From Eledone cirrhosa (Eukaryota): a stretch of DNA of 64,000 nucleotides. Shown here in pieces: positions 62,778-64,000 of the stretch. Below the pieces are notes generated by a model. That model was not told where the DNA came from, did no database searches, and worked only from the letters and a program-made list of their open reading frames with translations. Where the stretch lies: contig OZ024740.1 of NCBI GenBank assembly GCA_964016885.1, forward strand, positions 215,946,001 to 216,010,000. The letters run 5' to 3'. The position numbers and the translations under genes are program-made. Every line of letters begins with the position of its first letter. Positions within the stretch are counted from its first letter, which is position 1.

Positions 62778-64000
62778 CACTGTGTAACAAAAAAAAAAAT
62801 GTGTTCTCTGTTCCTGGCTTGTAATCACATTTTTTGTGTTGCTTCGGTCCCAAATAAATAAAAAAGTGCTATTAAACAGTTAAAAGTTTGGGTTTGTAAA
62901 AATTCTAAGCTATTCGCTAGAATTTGTTGTATGATGGATTTTACATTGTATGTAAGTTTAATTTGCTTATGTTAAATGATTTTTTTATACATGTTTCAGG
63001 TTAAATTAAAATTATAAAATAAAGAGTAATACCTAAAGAAAATTATAAAAGTGAAATAAAGTATAAAATTGTTAAAAAGTGGATTAAAGAGATTTATTGA
63101 TTCTGGATTTTCGCACCCTGAATAAAGGGTAAGTTGTGTTTTAAGCACACATTTTCATTAGTATGATTAGTGTTCTTTTATATTATTTAAATATGTATTT
63201 CCCTTTCCAATATTTATTTTGTATTGCATATCAAATTTATTTTCCAAGACAAGTATTCTGATGAAGAGGAGGTGATGGATGCTAAGGACTTGGATTACCT
63301 GCCTGAGGTACCAGAAAAAGTTCCTCACTTCCCAAACCAAAAAGAAGTCAATGACTTGGTCAGGGATATGGGTCCAATGCAGAGCTATTCGTCTCCAGGA
63401 TGAAGCAGTGGAACTTGGTCAAGAAGGAAGTGCAGGTGACAAGTCCGAGAAGTCGACACAAACCTTTCTCAGGCTTTTACACTCTTAGGCATGGCCTCTG
63501 CTATGACGTGCCTGGACTGTTTGACGTTATTGGGGTGCCGTTTGTGCCCAAGGAGTGGCTATTTATAGACAGCTCCACCACAAGTTTGAAGGCTGTCCTC
63601 CTCCACAATGAAAACAAGTTCCCGACACTGCCCCTAGCTCATTCAGTCTGCCTGAAGGAAGATTACTACAGTGTGAAAGTCGTCTTGGAAGCTCTACAAT
63701 ACAACCAGTACAATTGGAAAATCATTGGAGACTTCAAGATGGTGGCTTTCCTGCTTGGACTCCAAGGAGGCTTTATCAAATTCCAATGCTTCCTCTGCCT
63801 TTGGGACAGCAGAGCCACCTCTGACCACTACAAAAGAAAGAACTGGGAGCAGCAAACAGAATTTGTAGTTGGGACGCGGAACGTTAGGTGGGAGCCACTG
63901 GTTGATCCCAGGATTGTGCTCATGCCGCCACTGCACATTAAGTTGGGGTTGATGAAGCAGTTTGTGAAGGCTCAACCAAGAATCAGCCGCTTTTAAGTAC
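62778..64000 (+). mobile_element. Chapaev3-like (CMC group) DNA transposon: putative left end and decayed transposase
   Basis: PHFPNQKEVNDLVRDMG..KQWNL..EW(R)LFIDSS..SLKAVLLHN..GDFKMVAFLLGLQGGF.KF.CFLCLWDSRA..HY..PLV..LMPPLHIKLGLMKQFVKA; candidate terminus CACTGTGTAACAA at 62778. The family name is from memory. Confidence 0.75.

Overview
Eukaryotic, repeat-saturated DNA with no intact protein-coding gene that I can support. The SINE and RTE families and the (TA)n/(GTA)n/(CAA)n load resemble a coleoid cephalopod, probably an octopod (inference from recalled repeat families, not a search). Almost all long ORFs in the track are microsatellite artefacts. Recognisable content: clusters of a tRNA-derived SINE and a CORE-type SINE; decayed Tx1, RTE, CR1, R4/Dong-like and CRE-like non-LTR retroelements; two Penelope-like (GIY-YIG) remnants; mariner, pogo/Tigger-like and Chapaev3-like DNA transposon relics; about ten minisatellites; and a 200-N gap. 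Two patterns stand out. (1) There are five type I hammerhead-ribozyme folds (6103, 28884, 31211, 32290, 58849) plus a deleted copy (6841). They include a ~155-nt fully structured mini-element sitting in (TA)n and one ribozyme with a branched ~80-nt stem II insertion. Three unrelated sequences share a U-U apposition at the base of stem II. (2) At least five minisatellites demonstrably arose inside transposon remnants, one of them amplifying half of a hammerhead core. All folds and translations were done by eye.
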